The translations under genes were made by a program, and so were the position numbers. Positions 44,161-55,500 of a stretch of DNA of 64,000 nucleotides are shown here, piece after piece; the first letter of the stretch is position 1; each line of letters begins with the position of its first letter. This stretch comes from Chloroflexia bacterium. GTDB lineage: Bacteria; Chloroflexota; Chloroflexia; QHBQ01; JADMIH01. A model generated the notes under the pieces. It searched no databases. It was not told the origin of the DNA and was given only the letters and a program-made list of their open reading frames with translations. Location: assembly GCA_036399775.1 (NCBI GenBank), contig DASWMJ010000053.1:94069-158068 (forward strand), written 5' to 3'.

Positions 44161-45261
44161 TTGTCGCAATACAACTTCGATTTGGAGTATACAGCGCCTG
44201 ATTTTGCGCGCCCGGTGTTTGAGGCGGCACCGGATAAAGAGGTGGAACCTGCGCCTGCTGATGGGTTGGCCCCTATGGCTTTCTATTCGTCTACCAACTT
44301 CCCGACCTACATCAAGCGAGATGGGCGATGGCTGCTGGTGAAGAGGCCGCGCATGGACGCGCTGATAGTGTGGGAGGAGAAGGCGCAGGAGTGGGCGTGC
44401 ATAGAGCTGCGGAAAGTGCGCGCCGGGCAGCAGGTGGTCGTGGGCACGGCAGAAGACGGCAGCACGGGGTTGCTGGTGCATTCCACCGGGTTCTTGCCGG
44501 GTGGGGCGGCCTCGGAGGAAGCGTTCAAATTCATGGCGAGCGGGGCGTCGCGGGAGCGTCCCCTGAACTACCGGCGTATCGCTGAGCTTCTGCGCTGGGA
44601 CAAAGCGCGTGCCGGGCGCAGCATATGGGTGATTGGGCCTGCGGTGGTCCACGCGGGGGCGCGCGACAGCATGGCGTGGCTCATCGCCAATGGGTACGTG
44701 GGTGCGGTGTTCGGCGGCAACGCGGTAGCGGTGCATGACCTGGAGCAGGCCCTATATGGCACGGCGCTGGGCATGGACGTTGAGGGGCACGTGGTCGTGG
44801 GCGGGCACCGCCACCACATGGACGCAATCAATACTGTGCGTCATGCGGGCAGTATAGCGGGCGCGGTGCAAAGCGGCATCATACGCGACGGGATTATGCA
44901 CGCGCTGGTGACACAGGGAGTCCCTTTCTTGCTGGCAGGCTCGATACGCGATGATGGCCCCTTGCCCGGCGTAATCACCGACGTAGTTGAGGCCCAGGAC
45001 AAGATGCGCTACTTCACGCAGGGAGCGACACTGGTAGTGATGCTGGCGACGATGCTGCATTCCATAGCCACAGGCAACATGCTGCCGACCTTCATCGAGC
45101 GCGACGGCAAGATAGAGCCTGTCTACACAGTAGTGGTTGACCAGTCGGAGACGGTGATACAGAAGCTGATGGACCGAGGCACCCATCAGGCGTTTGGCGT
45201 AGTCCGCAACGCCGATGATTTCCTTGATAGGGTGGTGTCGGAGTTAAAGAAGTTAGAGTAA
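44161..45261 (+). CDS. LOR/SDH-like (TIGR00300-type) protein, possible ornithine cyclodeaminase-type enzyme
   Basis: GPAVVHAGARDSMAWLIANGYVGAVFGGNAVAVHDLE resembles this family by recall. I prefer TTG 44161 (AAGGAG 9 nt upstream), because the ORF-track start at 44092 lies in the repeat. The function is tentative. Confidence 0.5.
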   Translation: MSQYNFDLEYTAPDFARPVFEAAPDKEVEPAPADGLAPMAFYSSTNFPTYIKRDGRWLLVKRPRMDALIVWEEKAQEWACIELRKVRAGQQVVVGTAEDGSTGLLVHSTGFLPGGAASEEAFKFMASGASRERPLNYRRIAELLRWDKARAGRSIWVIGPAVVHAGARDSMAWLIANGYVGAVFGGNAVAVHDLEQALYGTALGMDVEGHVVVGGHRHHMDAINTVRHAGSIAGAVQSGIIRDGIMHALVTQGVPFLLAGSIRDDGPLPGVITDVVEAQDKMRYFTQGATLVVMLATMLHSIATGNMLPTFIERDGKIEPVYTVVVDQSETVIQKLMDRGTHQAFGVVRNADDFLDRVVSELKKLE

Positions 45262-45268
45262 TCCCTGT

Positions 45269-45631
45269 TTACAACGGCAGATATACAACTCTATCGTGGT
45301 ATTCGCTTATGTCTGATGCGGCCACGATAAGCAGTAGATCATCTAGTGTCCCCCCAATAGGGTCGTTTGGGTTGAATACAAGCACCCCTGGTACATGGCT
45401 ACCTTCAGCTATGTGGTCGCGTAAATGCCGAGGCATGGAGCGACGATTGTTCGTGACCAGGAGGAAGCCGTGTTCTTCACACCACTTGAGGATCGCAGGG
45501 TCAAGTGTGCCGAGTGGAGGTGCGCCAGGATCACCAACTTTCCATACTATCAAGTCTGGTTTGCGTCTGAGCAGTTCCGTGCGGTAAATTGGATCTACGT
45601 TCTCATCTAGTAGGTAGAGTACAAGACTCAC
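45269..45631 (-). CDS. DUF5615-type PIN-like putative toxin
   Basis: LLDENV...LLVTNN pattern. The GTG start overlaps the stop of the upstream DUF433 gene (GTGA). Confidence 0.55.
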   Translation of the reverse strand: MSLVLYLLDENVDPIYRTELLRRKPDLIVWKVGDPGAPPLGTLDPAILKWCEEHGFLLVTNNRRSMPRHLRDHIAEGSHVPGVLVFNPNDPIGGTLDDLLLIVAASDISEYHDRVVYLPL

Positions 45632-45993
45632 CCTGTAAGGACCTCTTTGCGGCGGGCTTCCTTTAACGCGCGTAATCGCACCACGACCTCTGGAGGGTCG
45701 CGATCTTGCTCTTCGCGCATACGTCGGCCCCAGTCGAGCCAGCCTGCGATATAGTCGCTAACCTCGTTCTGGTTATGCAAATAGTAGAGGATGGTCGCAT
45801 AGACTTGCTCAAGCGAGAGGGTGGGGAAACGAGTTGCTATAGCCTCCGGTGATTGCTCACGGTAGATGTACTCATAGAGCACCGACTCAATTCCGACGCG
45901 CGAACCCTTGAGCCTGATGTCGTCAGGGCTGAAGAAATCAAAGTAGTCTTCGATTAGCATAGAGGGTATCCCTATCTGAATAGCGGTTGCCAA
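45628..45993 (-). CDS. DUF433-type putative antitoxin
   Basis: IRLKGSRVGIESVLYEY...SPEAIATRFPTLSLEQVYATILYY is typical of DUF433. Confidence 0.55.
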   Translation of the reverse strand: MATAIQIGIPSMLIEDYFDFFSPDDIRLKGSRVGIESVLYEYIYREQSPEAIATRFPTLSLEQVYATILYYLHNQNEVSDYIAGWLDWGRRMREEQDRDPPEVVVRLRALKEARRKEVLTG

Positions 45994-46046
45994 GTGAGAT
46001 TATTATATCAGAACAATCCCTATGCTGTATTCTGTGCGGGGAGGGT

Positions 46047-46922
46047 CTAATTCTTCTTAGCAGGCGACCAGCAGCGTATCCAGCGCACGCATAGCAACGA
46101 GAAAACGCCAAAGGAGATAAGTCCAAGCGCGACAACGCCCAGCAGCCAGGGGCCGAACCTCTGCTGAAGGATAGCCTGTAAGGTGCCGTCAAGCCCTTCG
46201 GCTTCGTCGGGGTTAGTGAGGAGAGCGGCCCTTACCAGGAAGAAGCCGAAGAGGGTAAAGACGACCGCGCGTGCCCCGTGCCCTATGCGGCCAACGGTCC
46301 TGGCCCACCGCTGCTCCTCTACGTTTGTCTTGCTGAACTTGAAGTCCTTCATAAAGCCCGCGGTGCCCGCCATGTGTGCCTGGCCGAGGCCGCCAATTAT
46401 AGTTACCAGGCCGGCGATGCCGACAATCCACTGGCCCATCGGCTGGGCCAGGAGCCAGGCTGTGGTCCACTTCTCAGTCTCGCCATTGACACTCCCACTG
46501 CCTGCACCCAGTATAAGCCGGACTGTGGGCACGAGCAGCGAGCCATAGACGATGCCACTCACCGCGTAGCCACCGCGCTCGGCCAGGGCTTTCAGGCCGG
46601 TGCCTCTGCCGAGAGGGTCCGCGATAGCGCGAACGAAACCCCATAACGAATAGCCTACCAGACCTGCGGCGACCAGCACGAGCAGCGCCTTGCCATAGGC
46701 TTGCCCGCCCAGGACGGCGATTGCGCCCGTCTTGTCGGTGGTGCCGCCGCCCGCGCCGAAAACCAGCAACACCGACATGACGCCGACGACAATATATAGC
46801 AGGCCACGCGTGGCGTACCCAAGCCGGGCAAGCCACTCGATCCACCTGTTGGTAGCGACCTCGCGGGCAACATGCTCAGCGCGGTCCTTAGCTTTCTCTA
46901 AAGCTATGCTTGATTCGGCCAT
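46047..46922 (-). CDS. DUF1206-like membrane protein
   Basis: Three repeats of an R.GY..(R/S)G..Y...G helix-pair motif (LARLGYATRGLLYIVVG, AERGGYAVSGIVYGSLL, VGRIGHGARAVVFTLFG). Confidence 0.55.
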   Translation of the reverse strand: MAESSIALEKAKDRAEHVAREVATNRWIEWLARLGYATRGLLYIVVGVMSVLLVFGAGGGTTDKTGAIAVLGGQAYGKALLVLVAAGLVGYSLWGFVRAIADPLGRGTGLKALAERGGYAVSGIVYGSLLVPTVRLILGAGSGSVNGETEKWTTAWLLAQPMGQWIVGIAGLVTIIGGLGQAHMAGTAGFMKDFKFSKTNVEEQRWARTVGRIGHGARAVVFTLFGFFLVRAALLTNPDEAEGLDGTLQAILQQRFGPWLLGVVALGLISFGVFSLLCVRWIRCWSPAKKN

Positions 46923-47047
46923 ACTTACAGGGTCCCTTCTCTTTGGAGTGGTATCTATATTCGCATGTATTGTGCCACCTGATGGCGCGCGAAGGGTATC
47001 CGAAGAGGCAGCCGAGCGTTTATACAGATGAGAGATTCATTTGAACA

Positions 47048-47056
47048 TGCTATAAT
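47048..47056 (+). promoter_or_regulatory. candidate extended -10 promoter TGCTATAAT upstream of murE
   Basis: Lies 86 nt upstream of the GTG 47142 start. No convincing -35 element. Confidence 0.35.
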
Positions 47057-47141
47057 TGCGGAAGCGCAATAATAATTTTACGCACCAACGCCCTGGTACG
47101 GTTTGCCAGGCTGTTGATACTTTGTGCGGCAGGAGGAGGGA

Positions 47142-48710
47142 GTGGCTATAAAGAATGCAGGGCGAGCCATAGATTTGCGCCGTCTGCTGTCCGACGCGGC
47201 GATTGCTTCGGCCAATATATTGTCCGGCCCTGAGGAGAATGTGGAGATAAGGCAAGTTGCGGAGGATTCTCGCCGGGTGGAGCCTGGGAGCCTCTTCGTA
47301 GCGGTACGGGGCAGCGTTCACGATGGGCATAAGTTCATTCCCGACGCCCTGGCGCGTGGGGCGGTGGCCGTAGCCGGGACGCAGCCCACGAGGCCGGAGG
47401 GCCTGCCCGACCATATACCCTACGTGCTTGTGCCTGACGACCGGAAGGCCGTGGCCCTGCTGTCGGCGGCTTTCTTTGAGTTCCCATCCCGCAAATTACA
47501 GGTCATAGGGGTGACGGGCACGGACGGCAAGACCACTACCTCCACGCTGATACATGCCATACTCAAGGCGGCGGGGTGCAGGGCGGGGCTGATTTCCACC
47601 ATCCAGGCGGAGATAGGCGGGCAGTCATATGATACAGGGTTCCACGTCACCACGCCGGAGGCTTTCGACGTGCAGCGATACCTGCATGATATGGTGGAGG
47701 CGGGCACGGAGGTGGCGGTGCTTGAGACCACCTCGCACGCGCTGGACCAGGGGCGCACGCTCTGTGTTGACTACGACGTGGCTGTCGTAACCAACGTCAC
47801 GCACGAGCACCTCGACTGGCACGGCAACTGGGAGAACTACATGGCGGCGAAAGCCCGGCTCTTCGAGGCGCTTTGCAACAGCCATCGCAAGCCGGGCACG
47901 CCGAAGGTGGCTGTGCTGAACGCCGACGACAAGTCTTACTCCTGGCTGAAGAAGATACCGGCTGATATGCAGTGGGTGTACGGCCTCGACCGCAACAAGC
48001 AGCCCGACGTTACGGTAGATAGCATAACGTACAGGTCCGGGGGCACCAGCTTCATCGCGCAGACGCCCATAGCAGACATCCCTATCGAGCTACGCTTACC
48101 CGGCAAGCACAACGTCTACAACGCCCTCTCAGCCGTCGCGGCTACGTTGGCCTTAGGTATACCTAAGGAGGCTGTGCGCGAGGGCCTCGCGTCTGTGGAG
48201 CGAATACGGGGCCGTATGGAATGGGTCGAGGAGGCCAGGCCGCTCGGATTCGACGTGGTGGTGGATTTCGCCCACACTCCTAACGGCTTGGAGAAGACCC
48301 TTGAGTTGGCCCGCGATATTGTCGCGCCCCGCAAGGGCAGGGTGATAGCGGTGTTCGGGTCGGCGGGGTTAAGGGACCGGGAGAAGCGGTCGCTCATGGG
48401 GGATGTGGCCGGGCGGCTGGCCGATCTGACGGTGATTACGGCAGAGGACCCGCGTACGGAGCGAGTGGAGGACATTTCGGCGGAGATAGCGCGCAGCATA
48501 GAGGCGCATGGCCGCGAGGAAGGGGTAGACTTCTGGCAGGTGCATGACCGGGCGGAGGCGATAGCTTTCGCTATAGAGATGGCGCGGCCCGGCGACATTA
48601 TCCTCACCTGCGGCAAGGCGCACGAAGGCTCGATGTGCTACGGCAAAGACGAGCTACCGTGGGACGAATTCGCGGCGGTTCGAGCAGGTCTTGCCAGGAG
48701 AAAGCAGTAA
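47142..48710 (+). CDS. murE: UDP-N-acetylmuramoyl-L-alanyl-D-glutamate--2,6-diaminopimelate ligase
   Basis: VIGVTGTDGKTTT P-loop, DFAHTPNGLEKTL and a Mur ligase C-terminal domain. GTG 47142 follows AGGAGGAGGGA, and GTG 47124 is an alternative start. Confidence 0.85.
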   Translation: MAIKNAGRAIDLRRLLSDAAIASANILSGPEENVEIRQVAEDSRRVEPGSLFVAVRGSVHDGHKFIPDALARGAVAVAGTQPTRPEGLPDHIPYVLVPDDRKAVALLSAAFFEFPSRKLQVIGVTGTDGKTTTSTLIHAILKAAGCRAGLISTIQAEIGGQSYDTGFHVTTPEAFDVQRYLHDMVEAGTEVAVLETTSHALDQGRTLCVDYDVAVVTNVTHEHLDWHGNWENYMAAKARLFEALCNSHRKPGTPKVAVLNADDKSYSWLKKIPADMQWVYGLDRNKQPDVTVDSITYRSGGTSFIAQTPIADIPIELRLPGKHNVYNALSAVAATLALGIPKEAVREGLASVERIRGRMEWVEEARPLGFDVVVDFAHTPNGLEKTLELARDIVAPRKGRVIAVFGSAGLRDREKRSLMGDVAGRLADLTVITAEDPRTERVEDISAEIARSIEAHGREEGVDFWQVHDRAEAIAFAIEMARPGDIILTCGKAHEGSMCYGKDELPWDEFAAVRAGLARRKQ

Positions 48711-48756
48711 GGTTAGCTCCAATCGCACGCGTTACAAAGGCAAGAGGGGAGAAGCA

Positions 48757-48785
48757 AGAAGGCCGAGCAAAACGCCCGGCCTTCT
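48757..48785. terminator. 9-bp hairpin between convergent genes
   Basis: agaaggccg-N11-cggccttct followed by gtgtt. Confidence 0.4.
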
Positions 48786-48795
48786 GTGTTGCGTA

Positions 48796-49026
48796 TCAGA
48801 CGAGACGAATATCGCTTCTCGCGCTGTCAATCTGCTGGTGTACCTGATCCAGGCGCTCATAGCGCAATTCGGGGTGGTGGGGGTTGGCCTCCAGAGGTAT
48901 GCCCTGCTCGTCTACCTCCTCCACGAAGGTTATCTCAAGGTTCCAGCAGCCATCCACGTTAACCGGCTCGGCAAAGCGTATCTCGCCATCGTCGTAAATG
49001 CCTCGAACGGTCTTCCTGTTGTCCAT
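48796..49026 (-). CDS. small DUF104/AF2212-like antitoxin-family protein (orphan)
   Basis: The start at ATG 49026 has AAGGAG upstream. VRGIYDDGEIRFAEPV resembles the (A)IYENGV(L/I)KPLEP motif. No partner toxin is visible. Confidence 0.45.
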   Translation of the reverse strand: MDNRKTVRGIYDDGEIRFAEPVNVDGCWNLEITFVEEVDEQGIPLEANPHHPELRYERLDQVHQQIDSARSDIRLV

Positions 49027-49541
49027 GGCGTTCTCCTTTCCGTTAAGTATCGCGAAGCCATCTAACACAAGGGTACCAAAAAACGTTCCTGCGTTCAAGG
49101 CGAGAAACCTTTTGCACATTGAATGTGCAAAAAGATCAATCATTAAACGAGCTATTATTTCTGCCCTGATATAACAAACACTTATATAAAATGCGCGCTT
49201 CTCCAAACAAAAACTTATCTCTCGCATGCTATAATAGAGCCTGCAAGAGATTTAACAAAGCTACCTGATTATTATATCATAGTCTGTCAAGACCCTCATC
49301 AAACCAAGTTTTGTTGTTATGCTTCTAGACCCTCAAGATGCTATGTTTTGTGAAAACATTATTCGTTACACGTACAAGAAATGTACGGTCTAGTAGCACC
49401 TTCATCTGTATTCCAAGCTATCCATAAGCATAGATACCACCCAATTTGGACGGATACTGAGGTTCGCAATACAAAATATTACTATCAAATAACCGGGGAC
49501 ATCCCATTATTCAATTATCGAAATAGTAAGGGGGTGTAGAT

Positions 49542-50117
49542 GTGGAAACTATTGATTGGGCCTTAGTTGTCGTTACCGTTGTTATCAATATTGCGCTCTC
49601 TATCATCGCCAATCTTCTGACCCCTCATGTCCAAAGTTATTGGGCTGGGCGTTCGAAACGTAGCGCACTCGAATATGTGAAAAAACAGGAGCAGTTCCTG
49701 ACTGACTTGGACAAGTATCATAACTCGCATGATGCTTATAATGCACGTCTACTCAGTGAGATAGCTAACATACTGGTAGACTCGCTTAGATTTGGTCTTC
49801 TTACTGGCCCCTTGATTGTAATTGGACTTCTCATTGGACTTTTGACTATATGCTGGTTTGTACTGTCCACGATGACAAATGTTGTCGATCACATACCCAA
49901 TCTCATAGATGTCGGTATTTTGTCAGTTGTATTCATTACACTAATATCGCTCGGAATAGCCGTTCCGTTATTCATGCTAAAGTTTGGCCTGTCTTTGTTT
50001 GCCAACATCCGTAGCACTTCTCTCCTTCTTAGAGCTATGTATGACTATGAAGCAACTAAAAAGAGAATTACAACAGTGATAACTGGCCTAAAACAAAAGT
50101 ATCCTGATTTAGAGTAA
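49542..50117 (+). CDS. small membrane protein, low GC
   Basis: GTG start with AAGGGGG upstream and 3-4 hydrophobic helices. One hand-counted line gives ~43% G+C. Confidence 0.5.
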   Translation: METIDWALVVVTVVINIALSIIANLLTPHVQSYWAGRSKRSALEYVKKQEQFLTDLDKYHNSHDAYNARLLSEIANILVDSLRFGLLTGPLIVIGLLIGLLTICWFVLSTMTNVVDHIPNLIDVGILSVVFITLISLGIAVPLFMLKFGLSLFANIRSTSLLLRAMYDYEATKKRITTVITGLKQKYPDLE

Positions 50118-50222
50118 GGATCTTCGCATAACTATATCAGCAGAAATGTCATGAAGATTACAGGCAGAGCAAACAAAAAGCCCCCCTAAACAGGACAGGG
50201 CTAATTTCTTGCTAAATTATAG

Positions 50223-50260
50223 TGGACCGGAGGAGACTCGAATCCCTGATTTCTAGAGTG
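50223..50260 (-). other. decayed copy of the 3' half of tRNA-Ala (att-like direct repeat)
   Basis: 33 of 38 positions are identical to 56181-56218 by hand alignment, in the same orientation. The T-stem is broken and there is no 5' half. Confidence 0.7.
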
Positions 50261-50284
50261 TTACCCGTGCAGGCATAAGGGGCT

Positions 50285-52372
50285 TTATCTCAGCCAACTG
50301 CGCCCGTTAATGAATGACAGTTCGTAGAGCATGCTCACTCCATGTTCCACCACCACGTCCGTCTTGCCATCATAGGTTATCGCGTGCAATTCGTCGCCGT
50401 CAATGTATGCGAAGAGGGCAGGGCCGAAAATGTGCTTTGTAACCTGAGAATTAAATGAGCCATCCATTTTTACGGTCGCGTTGTACAGAGTCGTGGCTGG
50501 GGGCAACTCGGCAACCGCGCTGCCCACACCGTCAAGGGGCGATGTGCGTACATTCAAGGTTTCCTCCGTCCCGTTACTGGAGTCCCAACTTCTTAAATCA
50601 TTCCCATATACCAGTTGGTCGCCCTTGATCCAGGGGCCTAGAATAGTGCTATAGTTTTGAAAGTGCTCCTCGGTAGGCCGGTTATACAAGAACAACACTG
50701 TGTGGGTGCCGTCAGGAGAAAGCCTCAGCACGGGGAATCTATCCTTGGGCACGCTCTCTCCCACCTTTTCCAGGCCTATGAATAGGAACTGGCTGTCCTT
50801 CTGCATGGTGAGCCACCCCATTTCCGACAGGGGATATTCGATTGCGACATTCTCGGTCTTGCCGTCCGGCTCGACGGGCGCCAGCATCAGCCTGGCGCTG
50901 TCGGTATAGCAATCCGCTATGAGCAGCATTCCATCAAAGGCCCCTTCAGAGAGAGTAGTAGATTTCAGGGTAGTGCGGTAATGACTGGCCTTATCGGTGC
51001 TCACAATCTTCTCCGCTAGGATACGAGGCGGGTGAGGGTTGTCCCCAGCAATGTCAATTAGCAGAACCGAGTGCTTCTCTATCTCGTCCGTAGCGTCTTT
51101 ACCCATGGGCGTAAATATAGTGAGAAGCACATAACGGCCATCCGGGGTGAGTTTTGCATTCTGGATCCCGCCGCCTGCGTGGGTGTAGAGCAGGCGGCGG
51201 TTTGTGCCGTCACTATTTATTATCCACAGGCGAACGGACGGACCTTGAGTAGCCGAGGACTGAGTAGGAACAGGTGTCCGGTAACGGCTTCCCGGAGGGG
51301 CGTTCGACCGCAAAAGCGTCTCAAGGTCGGAATCCCAATCGGCTACGAGCAGGTGCCTGCCGTCTGAAAATAAAGTGTCCAGGAACAACCAGTTGTTGCC
51401 CGGTAGTGTAATGCTATTGGTAATAGGGGAGCCGTATTCCTGGTAGAACATACTCACTTTAGAGCCGCCACGCGCCACTACATGGCTGTCCGGGCTGCGA
51501 CTGAGATCGAGTTGTATAACGGCAGCTAATGCGCCATGCCTGCCCCCTACCAGGTAAGTGTATTGAGAGGGGTCCAGGGCCAGGGGTTTGAAAGAGGGTT
51601 GCTTGCCATCCAGGCCCTCTGGACCCCGTAGCGCTATCATCAAGCGGCGGCCCTTGAGCCAGGGCTGATCGATAACCGAATCGCCATCGGGACCGTACTG
51701 GTCAACTACGGGTGTCGCGCCGGGTGGAGGGGCTACCCAATCCTCTCCCGGCACGTCGTATACAACGACGCTTTCGGAATTCCAACTCTGCACCTCGCTA
51801 TACTTGTCGCTATCTTGCAGCCAGAGCCAGCCATCCTGGGTGCGGTAGTAGAGGCCGGGAGGCTCGGCCCTAGGGCGCATGGCTACGGTGCCGAGGAGCG
51901 CATCCCTGTAGATATGATCCTTTGCCTGGGCCTGCAAATCCTCCACATCTCTGTAATCGGGCTGTATAGGCTCGACCTTCTGTAGAGCCTGTAAAGTAGC
52001 GGGCCACTCGCCTTTTGAGGCATGCTCGCCGGCAGCCTGGTAGTGCTGGTTGCGCTGAGCGATGAGGGTAGCGACCGCTGTGGCTTGCGCGTTAGCGTCT
52101 CTGTAGTCGGAAGCGGCAGCATAGAGGGAGAGCGCCCTGTCCAGATCGTGGCTGGCCTCCGCTTCCTGGGCGTGGCGGTAGCTGCTGGTGCGATACTCTT
52201 GCTGCCACCACTGCCAGCATGCGAACCCCAGGACGGCTGCGAGCAGGACTATGCCTAAGGCAAACTCACGCGCGTATGCGAGCTTATGCTTGCCGGGTGG
52301 CTCAGGGTCGAGGTCTTCAACAATGGAGATCGGGTCTTGTTGTTCGGCTTGCTCGTCGAAGTGGTGCGACAT
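50285..52372 (-). CDS. membrane-anchored hypothetical protein (N-terminal TM, TPR-like helices, beta-rich C-region)
   Basis: I prefer ATG 52372 (GAGGA 5 nt upstream). The TM helix is FALGIVLLAAVLGFACWQWW. I recognise no family motif. Confidence 0.6.
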   Translation of the reverse strand: MSHHFDEQAEQQDPISIVEDLDPEPPGKHKLAYAREFALGIVLLAAVLGFACWQWWQQEYRTSSYRHAQEAEASHDLDRALSLYAAASDYRDANAQATAVATLIAQRNQHYQAAGEHASKGEWPATLQALQKVEPIQPDYRDVEDLQAQAKDHIYRDALLGTVAMRPRAEPPGLYYRTQDGWLWLQDSDKYSEVQSWNSESVVVYDVPGEDWVAPPPGATPVVDQYGPDGDSVIDQPWLKGRRLMIALRGPEGLDGKQPSFKPLALDPSQYTYLVGGRHGALAAVIQLDLSRSPDSHVVARGGSKVSMFYQEYGSPITNSITLPGNNWLFLDTLFSDGRHLLVADWDSDLETLLRSNAPPGSRYRTPVPTQSSATQGPSVRLWIINSDGTNRRLLYTHAGGGIQNAKLTPDGRYVLLTIFTPMGKDATDEIEKHSVLLIDIAGDNPHPPRILAEKIVSTDKASHYRTTLKSTTLSEGAFDGMLLIADCYTDSARLMLAPVEPDGKTENVAIEYPLSEMGWLTMQKDSQFLFIGLEKVGESVPKDRFPVLRLSPDGTHTVLFLYNRPTEEHFQNYSTILGPWIKGDQLVYGNDLRSWDSSNGTEETLNVRTSPLDGVGSAVAELPPATTLYNATVKMDGSFNSQVTKHIFGPALFAYIDGDELHAITYDGKTDVVVEHGVSMLYELSFINGRSWLR

Positions 52373-52588
52373 AGGGGTCCTCAATAATGTCCATAGCGTC
52401 TAGACTCCATTATATATTGATGGTAGGGATAATGGAAGTAAGTCATACCCGGTGGCGCACCTTAGTGGGACGAATGGGCATACCAACATAGCTGTAATTA
52501 CCCATAGTACCATATTAGGGAGGCGCTTAGAATAATGATATAGCAGCTCAGGAGCTTTACCACACGGTCATCATCACCAGGAGGGAGC

Positions 52589-55500
52589 TTGATTTATACC
52601 AACCGCCGGCAGCCCACCGGCATCGTTACTTTGCTATGCGCGCTCATTCTAAGCGCTGGCCTCACTATCCTGGCGATATGCTTTGTCACGTCTTCTTCAG
52701 CAGTCTCCGATGGCACCCAATCCAGCAAGAATCCGGCGCAAGTAAGCCCAACACAACCAACCGGCTGTGAGTTTGGCTGGAATACTGTGAATAGCCCTAA
52801 CGCCAGTACGACGAATGCGCTCAACGATGTGGCAGCAATCTCCGTTGACGATGTCTGGGCCGTTGGTGAGTATGTATACACCCCGACCCTTAGACGAGCG
52901 TTGCTAGAGCACTGGGACGGCACGCAATGGAACGTAGTGGTTGCACCAGCCTTTGATTTCGTTGAATCCGAGCTTTACGCTGTGACTGCGTTGCGTGAAG
53001 ATGACGTATGGGTTGCCGGCACTTATAGCCCCAGTTCGGGATCGGAGCATCCACTCTTCGGACACTGGGACGGGGCGGAGTGGGCTGTAGTACCAGGTCC
53101 GGATATGGATGGAAGAATAATGTCGATAGATGCTCTCGGCTCAGACGATATTTGGGCAGTAGGATGGCGTCCCTTCGGCGGACAACAAACACGAACCCTG
53201 GTCGAGCACTGGGATGGGGTGGCGTGGAGCGTGATCGCTAGTCCCAATACCACTTCTCGTAAAAACGATTTGTGGGCCGTGGCAGCAGTAGCCGAGGACG
53301 ACGTGTGGGCGGTAGGCAATACAGACGACTCAATACAGGGTAGCCACGCCCTGATCGCGCACTGGGATGGCGTGGAATGGAGTATCGTCCCAAGCCCGGT
53401 GGCCGGCCCGGAATCCAGTCGTCTTTTTGATGTTACAGCCCTGGCTGCGGATGACGTGTGGGCAGTAGGGTATTACACTCTACAGAACAATACAGTTCAC
53501 CGGACGTTGGTCGAGCACTGGGATGGCGTGCTGTGGAGCGTTATCCCCAGCCCTGACCCGGATGCCAATCTGCGGGAGCTAAATGCAGTCGCAGCGATAT
53601 CAGCAGATGACATATGGGCTGTTGGAATTGCATACCAGGGAAGGCTCACCGCTCTGATCGAGCACTGGGACGGTACAGAGTGGCAGATAGTCGGGTACCC
53701 CGGTCCTGGTACGGTGCAAACCACCTTAGAAGCCATAGCATTTACTTCAGAGCAAGATGTCTGGGCAGTAGGTCTACGCGCAGGCGACGCATACATCCCT
53801 CCGACACCATACCTCCCTCCGACACCTTCGAACCACACTCCACTGGACCAGACATTTACCATGCGCTTCGGCCATTGTGACCCTCTTTCTCCAACACCCG
53901 CAACTACGAGCACAGCTTTGGTGCCTACATCTAGCGAGACAGCCACCCCATTAGCAACCTGGACGCGCATCCCAACAGGTACACGAACGAGCAGTCCGAC
54001 CAGGACTCAGTCCGCGAGCGCAACATCTACGCTTACGCCTCGCCCAACCGCGCCTCCTCCAAGCGCCACCCCAACGGTACCACCCGGCTGTGTGCTGGAC
54101 TGGACTATTGTTGATACCTTACATCCAGGTATGGCCTCTGGTAGATTCTATTCAGTCAGCGCATTCTCCGCGAATGATGTTTGGGCGGTTGGTAGCTATT
54201 CTCAGCCGTCGGCTCCAGATGTGACGCGAACGATGGTACAGCACTGGAATGGCTCTGAATGGTCCATTGTGCCTAGCCCGAACCCCAGCGCTCAATCGAA
54301 CACTTTGCAGGGCGTCGATGCTATCGCTCCCGACAATGTTTGGGCAGTAGGCTACTACGATGTTTCGTCACAGTTGAATCCTCTACTCATGCATTGGGAT
54401 GGCTCAGCATGGACCACTATACCAAATCCGGTATCCGTATGCCTCTGCACTCTTGATGACGTTGAGATCGTGTCACCAAACGATGTATGGGCAGTGGGTA
54501 TGGAACAGCGAAATGGTGTTGCTTATCCTCTAATCATCCACTGGGATGGAACCGTATCAACAACGGTCTTGTCACCCTTTGCTGGGAGTGGCCGTTTGCG
54601 GGCCATACATGCTGTTTCAAGTAATGATTTATGGGCTGTCGGAGTTTCTTATCCCGCCTCTTTGCAAAGGTCGTCTCTAACAATACACTGGGATGGGATT
54701 GAATGGACCGTCGTGCCCAGTCCTTCCCCGGCAAATGGCGTTAGTGAGTTGCTTGATATTGCAGCTATTTCCGCCAGTGATATTTGGGCGGTTGGCTACG
54801 TGTCAAGTTCAGGGACCCAATCTCCCAGAGGCCTGACTTTGCACTGGGATGGTATATCCTGGGAAGAAGTTGCTAATCCATTTCCTGTAAGCGCGTCGGC
54901 AGAATATCTCCTGGGTGTGAGCGCTCTCTCTGCGAACGATGTTTGGGTAGTAGGCGCTGCTGATAATTATTCAAGTCCTCCTAACTCCATCACCACAGCA
55001 ATGCACTGGGATGGTACCAGTTGGAGTAGAGAGTTCATTCCTCTTCCTGCCGCGTCAAATAGCGTCTTTTTTGCAGTTGCTGTGGTCTCATGGGATGATG
55101 TTTGGGCTGTAGGCTATACGCATGATGTCGGCAGTCCCAGTAAGTCGTTGACTGAGCACTACACCTACACATGCTCGACTCCATCTCCAACCGAAACCGG
55201 CACCCCAGTGCCTGCTACGTCTACAACTACACCAACAGAGGTACCAGTAAGTACCTCAACGACTACGACCACGGCGACCACACCCAGTAGCACCGCCACA
55301 AAAACCCCCACCCGGTCGTCTACGATTACAGTGACTCCAACATGGACATCTACACTTACCGCTCAGGTAACGCCTTCCCACACGGGCACACCAACAGCTA
55401 TATCTGCCTGGACGGTAACAAGCACACCTGGCATGGCTACGGCTACTACAACGTCCACTTCTATCGCTTCTACCCCGACACTTACTCCTTGCAGCGTCGA

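Noticed and set aside
48796-49227. Full 143-aa version of the small minus-strand ORF.
   Set aside because: The N-terminal 67 aa run through AT-rich intergenic sequence containing a palindrome (ttttgcaca-ttgaa-tgtgcaaaa, ~49111-49133). A good AAGGAG-ATG start exists at 49026, so I called the short form instead.
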